This document shows, piece after piece, positions 13,224-25,240 of a stretch of 64,000 bases of DNA. This stretch comes from Camelus ferus (lineage: Eukaryota), in NCBI RefSeq assembly GCF_009834535.1, contig NC_045696.1:111416001-111480000 (forward strand). Direction: 5' to 3'. Each line of letters begins with the position of its first letter. The first letter of the stretch is position 1. The position numbers and the translations under genes were made by a program. The notes beneath the pieces were generated by a model. It made no database searches. It was not told the DNA's origin and was given only the letters and a program-made list of their open reading frames with translations.

Positions 13224-14261
13224 AAAGAATGAAGCTATTTCTCCTGGAAACCAGAAACGCAATCATTTGTAGAAAGCAAATTATTCTGCCTGATGTCAGC
13301 TTCATGAGATGCTGAAACAATCCCCAAGACTCTAAAGACCATGTGAAGCTAAAAACAAAGGCAATTAACTGGATCTAGATCTATTCTATGGCCAAATTTC
13401 CAATCCCAAAAGGTGAAGTCCCAGACTAAAGACATGTCTATTGTGTTCTGTTTGACTTTCATTTGTGTGATGGAGAATAACTTTGACAAGCCCAAGAATG
13501 GAATTCCCTCTCACTAAAACTCAGAGATAATTTCTATCAGGGAATAAACCCTGGTCCAGCAATCATTAAGTAGCCGGGTGACCTTTGAAAAGACAACTTC
13601 ATCTTGCTGGGCATTAGATTCAGCTTCTAACAAATTAAGCATCTGAACTCTGTAACTGCTATTGTCCCTTCCAGCCCTGATTTTCTGTGATGACACTTAA
13701 AGATCCCTTTAAGCTCAAACAATTTACATTTTAGTACTGATCCTGTAAGAGACCAATCCATAGCATCATAACTAATGAAACCGAGACGAAACGATGACAG
13801 TCTGGTGAGCAATCATAATGATAAATACTTTACATTTGACTCAGGCTGCACCGTTTACAAAAAGCTTTCATGCTTATTATTTCAGTGTCACTTTGCAGTT
13901 TCCTAGGACAATACAGCGTGCAAATAACAGGTCGAAACTATTCATTTGATTTAAGAAACACTGTATTATCCATGATAATTTGCAATCGTTGTGGTCATTT
14001 TGAAGGCGGAGTACATAGAATTGGCTGTCAATGTCAAACTTTGACATTAAAGTGAGCTTTTGAAAAATCCTGCTGTCTCATTCTTTCCCTCCTGACAACA
14101 CAGTAGTGACACACAGGGGGGTAGATCTTGAAGTTTAATGACACATTTTTCTCGAATGCTTATTAGCACCCATCTTTTTCTCCGTTATTCTTGGACTGCA
14201 AGGGAAAAACCAAAGGGAATGATGGGCAGAGAGAATGGATTCTAGAAACTGAAATACAACT

Positions 14262-14556
14262 TGTATCGCAGGCGCCCGAGGCCTGGCAGGTTCATGGATT
14301 CTGGCATGCCTTTATTGCGGGAGGGGTGCACAGGCGGCGATGGCGGCAGTGGTGGAAGGGCCCCTCCGCCTTATACAGCAAGGCAAACAAAGCCGGCATC
14401 TGTCCAGCTACGACCTCTGCGCGAACCATCGTGCTTGTGCAGCGCAAGTCATCATCACATGAAGATGCACAGGTACTGCGCACGTGGGATAATATTGTGA
14501 GCCGCTGGGCCCCGGACGTCCGGCGAGGGAGCCTGACTGACCCCGTTTTCCCAGCA
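14262..14556 (-). mobile_element. Young CpG-rich solo LTR (295 bp), family unassigned
   Basis: Minus strand TGCTGGG...GCGATACA; perfect 5-bp TSD CAACT at 14257-14261 and 14557-14561; TATAA (14371-14375) and AATAAA (14311-14316) in correct order; 22 CpGs counted by eye. Confidence 0.8.
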
Positions 14557-14748
14557 CAACTCTTTCCTGTGAGTGCGGTTTGCATAGTTACAAGAGGCTC
14601 TCCGTCTATGGAGAAAAGCCATCCACCTCAACAGGACTGAAGAAACGTGCATATGAATATGTGAGCATTTCAGTGGTCCTCACTATATATTGGTTTTCTA
14701 TCTTCTTCCTAAGAAGCATCATGAAATGTCAACATTTAAAAATGCCCC

Positions 14749-14881
14749 GGGGGAGGGTATAGCTCAGTGGTAGAGTGCGTGCTCAGCATGCATGAGGTCC
14801 TCGGTTCAATCCCCAGTACCTCCATTAAAAAATAAATAAATCTAATTACCTCCCTCCCCAAAAAAGCAAAAAACAAACAAA
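14749..14881 (+). mobile_element. tRNA-Ala-derived SINE (vic-1-like), well preserved
   Basis: GGGGGAGGGTATAGCTCAGTGGTAGAGTGCGTGCTCAGCATGCATGAGGTCCTCGGTTCAATCCCCAGTACCTCCA then A-rich tail; TSD TAAAAATG(C/T)CC at 14737-14747 and 14882-14892. Confidence 0.93.
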
Positions 14882-14919
14882 TAAAAATGTCCAAAATCCC
14901 TTAGATGAAGAAAAGCATT

Positions 14920-15010
14920 AACCTGCATCTAAACCCAGGCCTCCCTTTATTAACTGGATGATCTTGGGGAAGTTATTTAAGCTCTCTGAGTCTCAGTTCT
15001 CTTCCTTACA
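14920..15010 (+). mobile_element. MIR SINE core fragment
   Basis: GATCTTGGGGAAGTTATTTAAGCTCTCTGAGTCTCAGTT. Confidence 0.65.
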
Positions 15011-16363
15011 TAAAAACATGTGTATGTGTGTGTACCACCTTCCAAACAGATTTATTATAAAAATTATAGTCTGTCTACTACAATGCTTATTTTTATAGTG
15101 TGACTTACCTTATATGTGAATATTCAACAGAGGAATTACACCAGTATAATTCAGAAATCAGGTTGTTTTATAGACATTTTTTTTTCTCATTGTATGATGT
15201 TTTGCACCAAGTACTGATTAGCTATAATGCTAACCACATCGACACAGCTAAATCTAGCAAGCCTCAAGGGAATTTTATGGTTCTTTACATTATACCCATT
15301 TACCCCCAAATTCTGCCTCTTGACTCAGTTTTTCTATGTGCTCTGCCTTGAAGATGTTTATTGAACAATTGGGCCTGATCTCTGACCTTAATTCAGAAGC
15401 TGAAAGTCTTTTATACTCCATTCCATCAAGCTACATTTACCTCTTTTGAAAAATGAAGCATATGTGGTTTTAACTAGCTGGTATTTTTTTTTTATTAGGA
15501 TTCTTAGTGCTTGCATTACAAAACTGAATAGGCTTTAAGTGGTATTCCCCAAATTTATTTCCCCATTATGTTGTTACTTTAGGAGCACGATTTTACAAAA
15601 TGCACAAGCCTTTTTTCATTTGCACAATCGCATTATCAAGGAGCTCCTGTGAGGCAGATAACATACTCGGCAGAGTGCTCAGCATATGATCTTAAATATC
15701 CGACTCCCTACTCTTTCAAGAGGTCAGTATTTCTCTTCAAAAGGCAGAGAAATGAATAAGATAAACTTTAGGATCTCTTTGAGCCTTGGGGTGTCTTCTG
15801 AGTCTGTGGAAGAAAGCACGATTTATACCAGAAATTGGCTAAATGCACAAGCTGTGAACATGCAAAAGAACCACAAGAGTCAGACTAAAAGAAAAAAAAT
15901 TAGACCCAAGGGTCACAGTGCAGCTCATGAATTCTCTTCAGTCCGCTTGGTACCTCTCCCAACTGGTAGGAAGTCCTCCAGACTCCTGTGATTTTTCATG
16001 CCACGTTAGTGATTTCACTGAAAGCTCCACTTCAAATTGAACTGATGAACAGGTACCTGTGTTTTTGTGAAGCTCTGTTGGAAGCGTCTTTCTCAACACT
16101 GTTTCTGAGATCACCTACATTATGCTGCAAGTGAGAGAGTGACTGACAGAGGAATCTAAGCAGTGATTAACAGAGGTCATTAAACTCCAACTTGTGCCTT
16201 AAACGGCAGGAACCCAGATTCAGTCATTGCATTTGGCCTCTAACAGAGCTCTTACTTAATCACTCTTTTCCTTTGAAAACCACCGTCTAATTCACTAAGT
16301 TGGGACATCAAAAATCAAACCTGAGCTGGCGATGAAAAACCTTCTAAGTCAAACTGAATTATT

Positions 16364-17430
16364 TTTATATACATTCTTTTGTTTTATTTTTCAGATTCCA
16401 CATATAAGTGATTACATTCAGTATTTATCTTTTTCTGTGACTTATTTCACTAAGCATAATACTCTCTAGGTCCATCATGCTGTTGCAAATGGCAGAATTT
16501 TATTCTTTTTTATGGCTGTATGTATATATATATGTGTGTGTGTGTTGTGTATCACGTCTTCTTTATCCATTCACTTAGGTTGCTTCCCTGACTTGGCTAT
16601 TGCAAATAATTCTGTTATAAACATTGAGGTGTATGTATTTTTTCCCAATTAGTGTTTTTGCTTTCTTTGGTTTAGTTCTTCGAGGAAACGCCATTCTATT
16701 TTCCACAGTGGCTGCACCAATTTATATTCCCACCAACAGTGTACAAGGATTCCCTTTTCTCCACATCCTTGCCAACATTTGTTGTCTTTTTGATGATAGC
16801 CATTCTGACAGGTATAAGGTGACATCTCACTGTGGTTTTGATTTGCATTTCTCTGATGATTAGTGATGTTGAACATCTTTTCATGTGCCTGTTGGCCATC
16901 TGTGTATCTTCTTTGGAAAAATGTCTACTCAAATCTTCTGGCCACTTTTAATTGAGTTGTTTGGGGTTTTTTGACATTGAGTTGTATAAGGTGCTTATAT
17001 ATTTTGGCTTTTAACCCTTTAACAGTCATATCATCTGCAAATATTTTCCCCTCTTCAGTAGGTTCTCTTTTCCTTTTGTCAATGTTTTCCTTTGCTATTC
17101 AAAAGCTTTTAAGTTTAATTAGGTCCCATTTGTTTCCTTTTGCTTTTATTTCTTCTGCCTTAAGAAACATACTCACAGATATAGAGAACAAACTAGTGGT
17201 TACCAGGGAGGAAAGGGGAGGGGGGCAAGATAGAGGCATGGAATTAAGAGATACCAACTACTATGTATAAAATAGATAACCAACAAGGATGTATTGTACA
17301 GCACAGGGAAATATAGCCATTATTTTGTAATAATTTTAAATGAAATATAATCTATAAATATATTGAATCACTCTTTGTACACCAGAAACTAACATAATAT
17401 TGTAAATAAACTATACTTCAATTAAAAATA
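16364..17430 (+). mobile_element. LINE-1 with 5' inversion: 16364-~17162 is ORF2 C-terminus on the minus strand; ~17163-17430 is 3' UTR on the plus strand
   Basis: Minus-strand [35 protein letters not shown] is L1 ORF2; TSD AACTGAATT at 16352-16360 and 17433-17441. Confidence 0.9.
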
Positions 17431-18211
17431 ATAACTGAATTCTTGGGGATTAAACTGGTGTCAAAGGAGAGGACCAGTGGGATGGTATAACAGATCGACT
17501 GCCAGGAAAAATCGCTACGTTTTCTGACTAGCACGCCATGCCTTCCTCAAGCAGTTTCTCCTCTCAAGTCCATTTACTCTACTGAGGATACAAAGGGACC
17601 TTTGGGCCTGCCAAAATCACTGTCAAAATCACAACCCAGGTCCATGTTTCATCAAAAGAACATAACTAGCACAAGGTCTTAAAAATAGTAGGTGCTCAGT
17701 AAATGTGAACTAACTTTTATTTCCCCCGCCACAGCCAAAAAAGCACAAAACAGCTGCTCTGGTTAGGATGCTGGTTTCCCTCAAAATGAAAGCAAAGAGA
17801 AATTTAAAATACAGGTAATTGTCTCTTTCATCTCCAGTAGAACGCAGAAACCTCACATCTAACTTGGGTCTCTGCTGATTATATTAAAGCATGCTTTTCT
17901 CTGAATACTCTTCCAATGTGTCAGGAGCTGGACACTGAATTTTCAAAGAGTGACTATTTTTACCTCCCTCCCTTTCTTTCTGCCTCTCCAAATAGCGCTA
18001 TTCGCTTTGTCAGGCAACTTCCTTAATAAATGCTTCTAAATTCCCATGCAACAAAGAAATGACAGTGAGTTCTGGAGATTATGTCTGCCCACTGTCTTCT
18101 TAGGCACAGAAGAATCATAGAATTATCAGTGACAAAAAGACCAGGATGAAAATAACTTAAGATCACTGCCTTAACACACAAGTGGGCTTGTAGGCTCATA
18201 GGCTTATAGCT

Positions 18212-18440
18212 CATTCATTCATTCAAAAAATACTTGTTGTGGACCTATTTTGTGCTTGGCACTGGAGAAATAACGGTGGACAAAAAATAGATATGGTCCT
18301 TGTTCTCATGGAGATTACTGTTTAGTAGGGAAGACAGATGATAATCAAGCAGTCACATTAATGGCTATAAATTGAGACAGAAAATGAAAGAAAGGGAATA
18401 GAGTTCTATCAGAGCATATGATAAAGGAGTCTGATTAAAG
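18212..18440 (-). mobile_element. LINE-2 3' end
   Basis: CATTCATTCATTCAA...GTGCTTGGCACTGG...CCTTGTTCTCATGGAG. Confidence 0.75.
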
Positions 18441-18869
18441 TATTAAAAAATAAAGACAAGGAAATGGTTTAAATGATTAACTACGGTGTCCAAGCTGAAT
18501 GGTGGTTCCATAGTTTTCCTTTCCACATATGGTTGGGTTTAACATTCAAGAGTAATGTGAAGAAAGCCCCACCCCCCACCTACTCCTGCCAGGTTTTGAT
18601 GAGTCAAATAAGTGAATGAACGAAGTTCTACTTTATCTCTGTTAAGATGTCACTGAAGGAACAACGCCCAGCCTTTATTTGGAGCTTTGCAGCTCACTTC
18701 AGTCTGTCAGTTGCCTTCTGTTAACCCTGAGACTTCTCTGGATGTTGGGCCATGAGAGGTGATTCTTTACTGACCACACACCAGTGTGACTTTGGACGTT
18801 CTTCCACTCATTTCCAATCTACATTTATTCGACAGTGATAGCTCCCAGATGGGGAACGCGCCAGTCACC

Positions 18870-19000
18870 TTAACTGTATTATCTCAGCACCATTTTACAG
18901 ATGCAGAAACTGAGTCTCAAAAGGATTAAGCAAATTGCCCAAGGATACACAACCAGTCAATGTCAGAGCAAAGCTGGTAACCAAGCCATCCTCCTAAAGA
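18870..19000 (-). mobile_element. MIR SINE
   Basis: CCATTTTACAGATGCAGAAACTGAG...TTGCCCAAGGATACACA. Confidence 0.75.
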
Positions 19001-20411
19001 GTACTCTGTCCTGTCTCCCTAACTATTTCCAGGTAGAGGAGATGCATCAGATGCTCATACTCTCCGGACGTAATGTTTGAATATGTGAAGTAGACGCTTC
19101 CTCTTGGATACAGGAGGATATAGAACACACAGTGGTGAAATTGACAGAGTAAGGGATTCTAGAGATCAGTGTCTAAGGAAGATGCTTGCGTGTTTTTTAT
19201 GTGGGATGACAAGGCAAAACCCGCTTTGCCTCTTAATGATGTCATCTATTCATGCCCCATCCGCAACAGCCATTTCTTGAAAGCAAGGTTTAACCACCCT
19301 CGTCTACTGGTAAGCTGCTTCTGCCGCTTGAGGAAAACCCCTTAGGAGGCAGAGGATGGAAATGGCCCCTGCAGATGATTACTGTGATGATCACAGGCAG
19401 CTCTGAATCCACTCTCAGGGCAAGATGCTGAGAGCCTGACTGAAAGCAACATTCTTAGCCACAGGGCAATCCTCCCTCTGCGCTCATGTACATTTTCCAA
19501 AATGCATCACGTCTTCAGCGTAGCCACAAATGCTCAACCCCGAGATAAATTCTGCCACAGCAAAAGTGCCTCCCTGGCTCTGACTCAGGAGAAAGTTTCC
19601 TTTCTTCCCTGAACTTTGCCCCATCAAGCTTGCTTGGAATTTCTCCAGTGAATTCTTTTTTTAAGGCATCTACAAAATACTTTGCAAAATGGTTCGTAAA
19701 TGGTATGAGGGTATGAAAGCCTTTGTGATTTCAGCCCCTGTTACAAAGGGATAGTGGAGCCAGAAGTGCAAAAGGAGACACGACCTCAGGCAAACTTGCA
19801 GGGGAGATCTTAGTTCTCAGGAGCCCACGTGCAGACCTGGGCTTCGCTAGACACTGACAAGCTAGCTCGGCATCCTCCTCACCGGTTTTGATGTAGTTGC
19901 TCAAAGAGCTCGACCCCCCCACCCCCACCCCGCCAAAGGATGATTTAAGATTGAGATTTGATTTGATTTTGGCTTCTCCCTGTCCCTGTATGCACTGGGT
20001 ATTCCCTCCAAGTGACTGACGGGGCCCAAAGAGTTCACTGGGAACACTGACCTGTACAGACCTGATCATCCACATTAGACAGGCATGTGGTCCTAGGGAC
20101 CTCTGGGTGGGGACAGGGGTAAAGGGGCAGCTCCACATTGCTCTGACCAGCAGTGCTGCGCTCTGTTTAGAAACTTCTGTAGCAGATTATCTGAGAAGGG
20201 CCGAAGCTGCCTACTGCCCCATGGGTGAGTGTGCCATTCTTTTGGTGAATGGAAGGGCCCTTTGGCATTTGAGCTTTTGCACTTTAAAAGAATTCATTAC
20301 TCTTAAGAACCAAAGTGCTTAGACCAAGAGACCCCTGGCAATGAATTAAATCTAATCCAATTCAGTGAAAATGTATTGATTACTAACTATGGCCTGATAC
20401 TGGAGACATTC

Positions 20412-20590
20412 TGATTCTCAAAATTCTGTGTGCCTGAGAATCACCTGGAAGGCTTGTTAAAATGCAGAATGCTGGGCTCCACTCCCAGAGTTTCTGATTC
20501 AGAAGGTCTGGGATGAGACCCAGTATTTATAACAAGTTTCCAGGGAACGCTGATGCTGCTGGCCTGGAAGGCACAGTTTGAGAACCACTG
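20412..20590. mobile_element. MER5A
   Basis: TTCTCAAA...GAATCACCTGGAAGGCTTGTTAAAATGCAGA...GATGCTGCTGG...TTTGAGAACCACTG. Confidence 0.85.
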
Positions 20591-20659
20591 CCACCAATGA
20601 CTAGAACACAGCCCTTGGTTCAAAAGGTTTAGTCCAAAATACAGTGAGTCTGAATACAA

Positions 20660-20735
20660 GATAGTTTGTGTGCCTGGCACATAATTGGTGTTCAATAAAT
20701 AGTTGTTGAATGGATGAATAAATAAATGAATGAAA
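20660..20735 (+). mobile_element. LINE-2 3' terminus
   Basis: GTGCCTGGCACATAA...TCAATAAATAGTTGTTGAATGGATGAAT. Confidence 0.7.
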
Positions 20736-21125
20736 ATATGGAGTGGGTACCGTACATGAGAACACGGAAGGGGGATTTATTGTGGTGATAGGGTGCCATT
20801 TGAAGAAGCATCAAGGGAGGGCCTGGTTGCCTTGTGCTTTGAAGGTCAAATAGGAATAGTTGGCAGAGCGGTTTCCAACCTAAGAGAACAGCATGGCAAG
20901 GGCACAGGGGAGGGAAAGGTGTGTGTGGTGGGGAGGGGTGAACAACCGGGTGGTGTGTACAAAGGTCCCTTGCCTCTGCAGCAGAAGCCACTCTACTACT
21001 GGCCCTCCTTCCCCTATATACCTGAAAAGCATCGACTTCTTTTACCACTTATTTCCTCTTCTAACTTCACTGTTCTTTCCTCTTTGGGAAATCCAAATAT
21101 CCTTTCTATGAAGAGCCTTTGGGAC

Positions 21126-21585
21126 TGTGGCAGGTGCTTTTGGGGCACCATCATATCCTCTCAGCTGCAGTAGAGGGTTCCATGCACATAACTGCATCTT
21201 ACATCAGCCGTGTTCTATAGCTTCTCTCTACTTCTCAGGGCTTCCTCCAAAGTTTGGAAAGTGCACCATTCCAAATCCAGGAGCAGCCAGAATGGTAAGG
21301 CAGTTACACTCATGGGGGCCACCATTAAACCATGAGAAAGAGGATTCAGTGCATGCTTGACCCAGCATCTTGTTCCTTGGAGGTAGGTTTCCTCATGCTG
21401 TGGGATTAAACCCAAGCGCCATGGAGGTAACCACGCCAGTAACACACGTCCTTTATTTATCACTGTTGTTGGCTTATCTTTCTCCCTCTCTCACTCTACC
21501 TCTACCTCAATCCTGTTTCCTGCGATCATCTCCCAAATAAACTATCTGCTTCCAGATCCTTGTCTCAGAAACCCAATCCAAAGTG
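21126..21585 (+). mobile_element. ERVL solo LTR, LTR16-like (ancient)
   Basis: Begins TGTGGCAG; ends CTCCCAAATAAACTA...ATCCTTGTCTCAG...AACCCAA. Confidence 0.65.
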
Positions 21586-22819
21586 CGATGCACAACCTAG
21601 TCCCAGCTATGATGTCCTTAAATCCTGTCCAAGGTGGCAGGTGAAATTTCAAGAGCAATGACCTTTAGCCACCATGACTTGCAAATAACAGGCAATAGAT
21701 TAGCCAGTTTTTCTTGAGACTGGAAAGGCATTTACAACTCTAAAGACAAAACAATTGTTGTCAATTTGAGTGACAAGTTTACTTACTTAAAACTGACTCG
21801 ATTTTTGTGACTTTGGTCTTGTAATTTTAAATGAGGGTTACCTCCAGGAGAATCCAGAAGTTCTAAACTGTTGTCCCTTGGTGACATTCAAAATGAGTCT
21901 TATGATGTTAGGGAAGAGGAGATAAAATGATCAGTATTGTGCATGAGTGGACACATTTGTTAACTTGTGAGACAAGGACATGTCTCCAGCCCCCAAAAAG
22001 CTCCAGGAACAGAGAGCTGAGCCCTCCCCTGAGAGGTTGTAAACAACAAAAACGGTCACAGGAAAGGCTCTCAGCACCTCATATGCATCTTTTCCAATCA
22101 TCTGATTCAAACTGGAAACCTGATTTTGTGAACCCTATTTGGTTTTTCAGGTTTTTTTCCACAAAAGCAGGGGCATATTTAGCAGCAGGTAAATTCCATA
22201 ACTCCTTTTCAAGAGGATGATAGCAGAGGCTTTTAGTGGAGGGAAAAATGAATGGTCACCAGCAGGACTATTTCTTCATTCACTTCCAGGTGTTGGGATA
22301 TCAGCATACACAAATCACACTTCCGTGGTGCCAGGAGGAGGCTGCCCAGAGTTTTCAAGGTAGGAGGTTCCAGGAAAGCACTTGAAATTCCAGCCACCAC
22401 ATGATGCGACTTGAAGACAGTTGGAAACTTTTATTGGCACTTGAGAGGCTAAAAAAGCACTTCTGAATTTCAAGTGTCTTTACTTTTCTGCTAAAACTAA
22501 ACCACTGAAAATGCTGACCAGTAAATGACTTCACACAACATTTCATTCTGATCCGAATCAATTATCTCAGGGAAGGCCTGGGTTCCTTCCTTCCTTTGTT
22601 AATGTTCTCAGAGCTCTCCTCTCCTATATACACACACAAAAAATTCCTTAATTATTGATTGGCCAGAATACAAAGTAAGAGGCTGAAAACTAGAATGGAT
22701 GAAAAAGACGGTATATGGGAAAAGTCACTAAGCATCTTTCTTTGTCTTAAATAAAGAGCTTAAGTTACCTCAACATAATGAGCCACACCCTAAACCTCTC
22801 GCCAAGTAGTATTTGTAGA

Positions 22820-23350
22820 GACCTGTATATTTCATAACATAATTTCACACACATTATATCAACTGATCCTAGTAACTGCCCACTAAAAGTGGGCAGCGCA
22901 GATGTCTTCAACCCTGTTCTAAGGATAAGGGAACTGTACTTCAAGGGGTTAAATTACCTGCCCCAAATCGAAAGGCTGATTAGCGACTTGGGACAGAAAT
23001 CCAGGACTCAGGACTCTGGTCCTTTCTCTGCTTCACTGCCTGCCCCAAGCCAGTGACTAATGGGCGTTCACTTGGATAGTATCCCCAGTAAGTTATCCTC
23101 ATTTGTGGGTGCGTATGTTTGTCTGTCCTCAGAGAACCATGTGTTGTTCAGTCCGCCTAGGTTTGAATCCCGAATCCTTCATTTGCTAGTTGTATGGCTT
23201 TGGGAAAGCTATTCACTGTCATTGAGTCATACATCTATAAAGCAATAATAAACATAATCTTTTCCTGATAAGATGGAAGAATCAGATAAAGATGCAAGTA
23301 AGTCATCTGAACACAGAGCTTGGGATTTGGTTGGTGTCCATAAAAATGAC
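22820..23350. mobile_element. Two MIR fragments (minus ~22820-23030, plus ~23150-23350)
   Basis: GGGGTTAAATTACCTGCCC and CCTAGGTTTGAATCCC...CTAGTTGT cores. Confidence 0.55.
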
Positions 23351-23559
23351 CTGCTGCTGTGATGATGATAACTGTGACATTGAGTGTTGTTGGAAAAACC
23401 AAGAGGGGCCAGCAGCCCCAGGCAGCCTGCGAATTAGACAAACTTTTACGTTGGTGACACATGCCTCACTTTTGGGTTACCTGGACCCAAACACATTTAT
23501 TCAAGCTTTTATGCAACTTAAGTTTACCCACCTTACTAGATTTTAAACATTTTAAAATC

Positions 23560-23880
23560 CAGAGCTGGAATACTTATTCCTAGAATACCACAAACAGTAT
23601 GATCCTTTTTCTTAAGTGTAAAAGCAATACTTAAATATAAAGGGAAAACATACGTGTCTGCCCAAACCATATACTTTAAAAAAATAGTGGAAATGATAAA
23701 CATGAAAACAAGATAGTGATTACCTCCAGGAGGAAACCAGGGACATACCATGGAGAAGGAAGACATAGGTAGGTTTAAGTTGTTAATGAGTTGATTTTGG
23801 AATTCTATGTTAGTTGTGTAGATACTTATTATATTACTAAATAAATACATAAATAATGTTATATGTGTTTCCATATTTAG
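23560..23880 (+). mobile_element. Ancient L1M 3' fragment
   Basis: GGAAATGATAAACA...GATAGTGATTACCTC...CTTATTATATT. Confidence 0.5.
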
Positions 23881-24789
23881 AGTAGGTAATCAATGATGGA
23901 TTTAATTCAGTTAATGTTTCAGGTCCAAAATATTAAAATTAGAATTAAAAACACAAGATCAGTTTAACATACTTTATTTTTAAAAAATATTTTCTATACA
24001 AGGTGCATGTGTAACTGTATATTTATAGAGGATATTTGTATTTAGCAGACTGAATTAGTCTCAAAAAATCTTGAAATTTATTCTCTCTGTTTTAATTCAA
24101 TGGTCAAGTCACTGATGTTGACCTTTTCAACCATCTCAGTGATGTTCTGAGAGAGGATGTATTTCCACAGAGTCAGAGGGGCTCAAACATGCCTAGAAAT
24201 TTTCTCTTAGTCAAAACAATTATTTGAATTCTGAGATTCAAAATTCTTATGTCTAAAATTGCGAAGAAACCACATTTACTCTGTGGGCCAAGCATGATTT
24301 AGCTTAAGTCCTCTTAGATGTAGAGGCTTAATATTTTAGGTCTACCCTAAAGCAGGTACATTAACAGAAATCTGTGAGTTAATGTTTGTAAGGTGCTTAG
24401 AAGTGTGGCTGGAAAATAGTAAATATTACATAAGTGTTTGCTAAATAGATAAATATCTTTGGAAACAATGACTGCCTTTTCAACAAACTGTTACTCAGCT
24501 CTTCAAAATTCTATGATTTATTTGTCCTGAGAGTAATTTGCCAAAGGAAAATGCAGACAGCTTCTATCCTGCACCTTGTTAAACAAGTTAGTAATGGTTT
24601 TTCTAACCCCCTGCATTTCCAAGTCCAGTGTCAAGGTTTAATCTTATAAAGTCCTAGGAAATCCAGCAGCCCTTAGATTCCAAAATGTTCTTGTCCGAAG
24701 GCTTAGCTCAGTTAACCATTTCAATAAATGTGTTCAACACACATTTAGTTATTTCACACATTGAAATAAATTAGACATACATATTTTGC

Positions 24790-25240
24790 TTTGTAGATAC
24801 CGTGTGGTTATCTTCCCAACATTTATCCCATGCCATTCCCATTGTGCAGGAGCAATGTGGTAGGACTGGATTGACCCACCCCAAGGTCCAGAACGTATCC
24901 CAGTTTGTCCAGGCCAATTAAGAAAATCCCGTACCTCTTGCCTGGGATTGAGTTAAAAGAGAGAGAGAGGATTAAGACTTTTGTTCACGTGGTTATGGGC
25001 GGCTACACTCTTCCCACTCCTGGTATAAACACAGAAGCACATATTCTGAGTTATTGCTGACAGCCATCTTGTGACCATCGGGAAGCCAGCCTGGGGATGA
25101 ATCCACTTCACAGGGAGGTAAAGCAAAGAGAATTGCTGAGAACAGGACCTTAGTTTATGTTCAAAGGCTGCTCCACCTCTGGAATCCAACTTGTTAATTA
25201 GTTTGAACAGAAAATATTTTAGCATTCAAATTTTGACAAC
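24790..25240 (+). mobile_element. MaLR LTR (old MLT1 subfamily)
   Basis: GCAGCCATCTTGTGACCA-like core (ACAGCCATCTTGTGACCA) and CCAGGCCAATTAAGA. Confidence 0.5.

Noticed and set aside
14262..14592. Alternative LTR boundary using the CTTGTA...TACAAG inverted repeat
   Set aside because: Flanks (CAACT vs AGAGG) give no TSD, whereas the boundary at 14556 gives a perfect one.
14191..14652. Four overlapping ORFs (149, 97, 79, 65 aa; one ends in CaaX-like CIFM) suggesting an exon or processed pseudogene
   Set aside because: No recognisable protein and no poly(A) tail after AATAAA; TG...CA ends with a 5-bp TSD explain the GC-rich block as an LTR.
14749..14825. tRNA-Ala gene
   Set aside because: Followed by a SINE body and A-rich tail, flanked by a TSD, with three related copies in the window.
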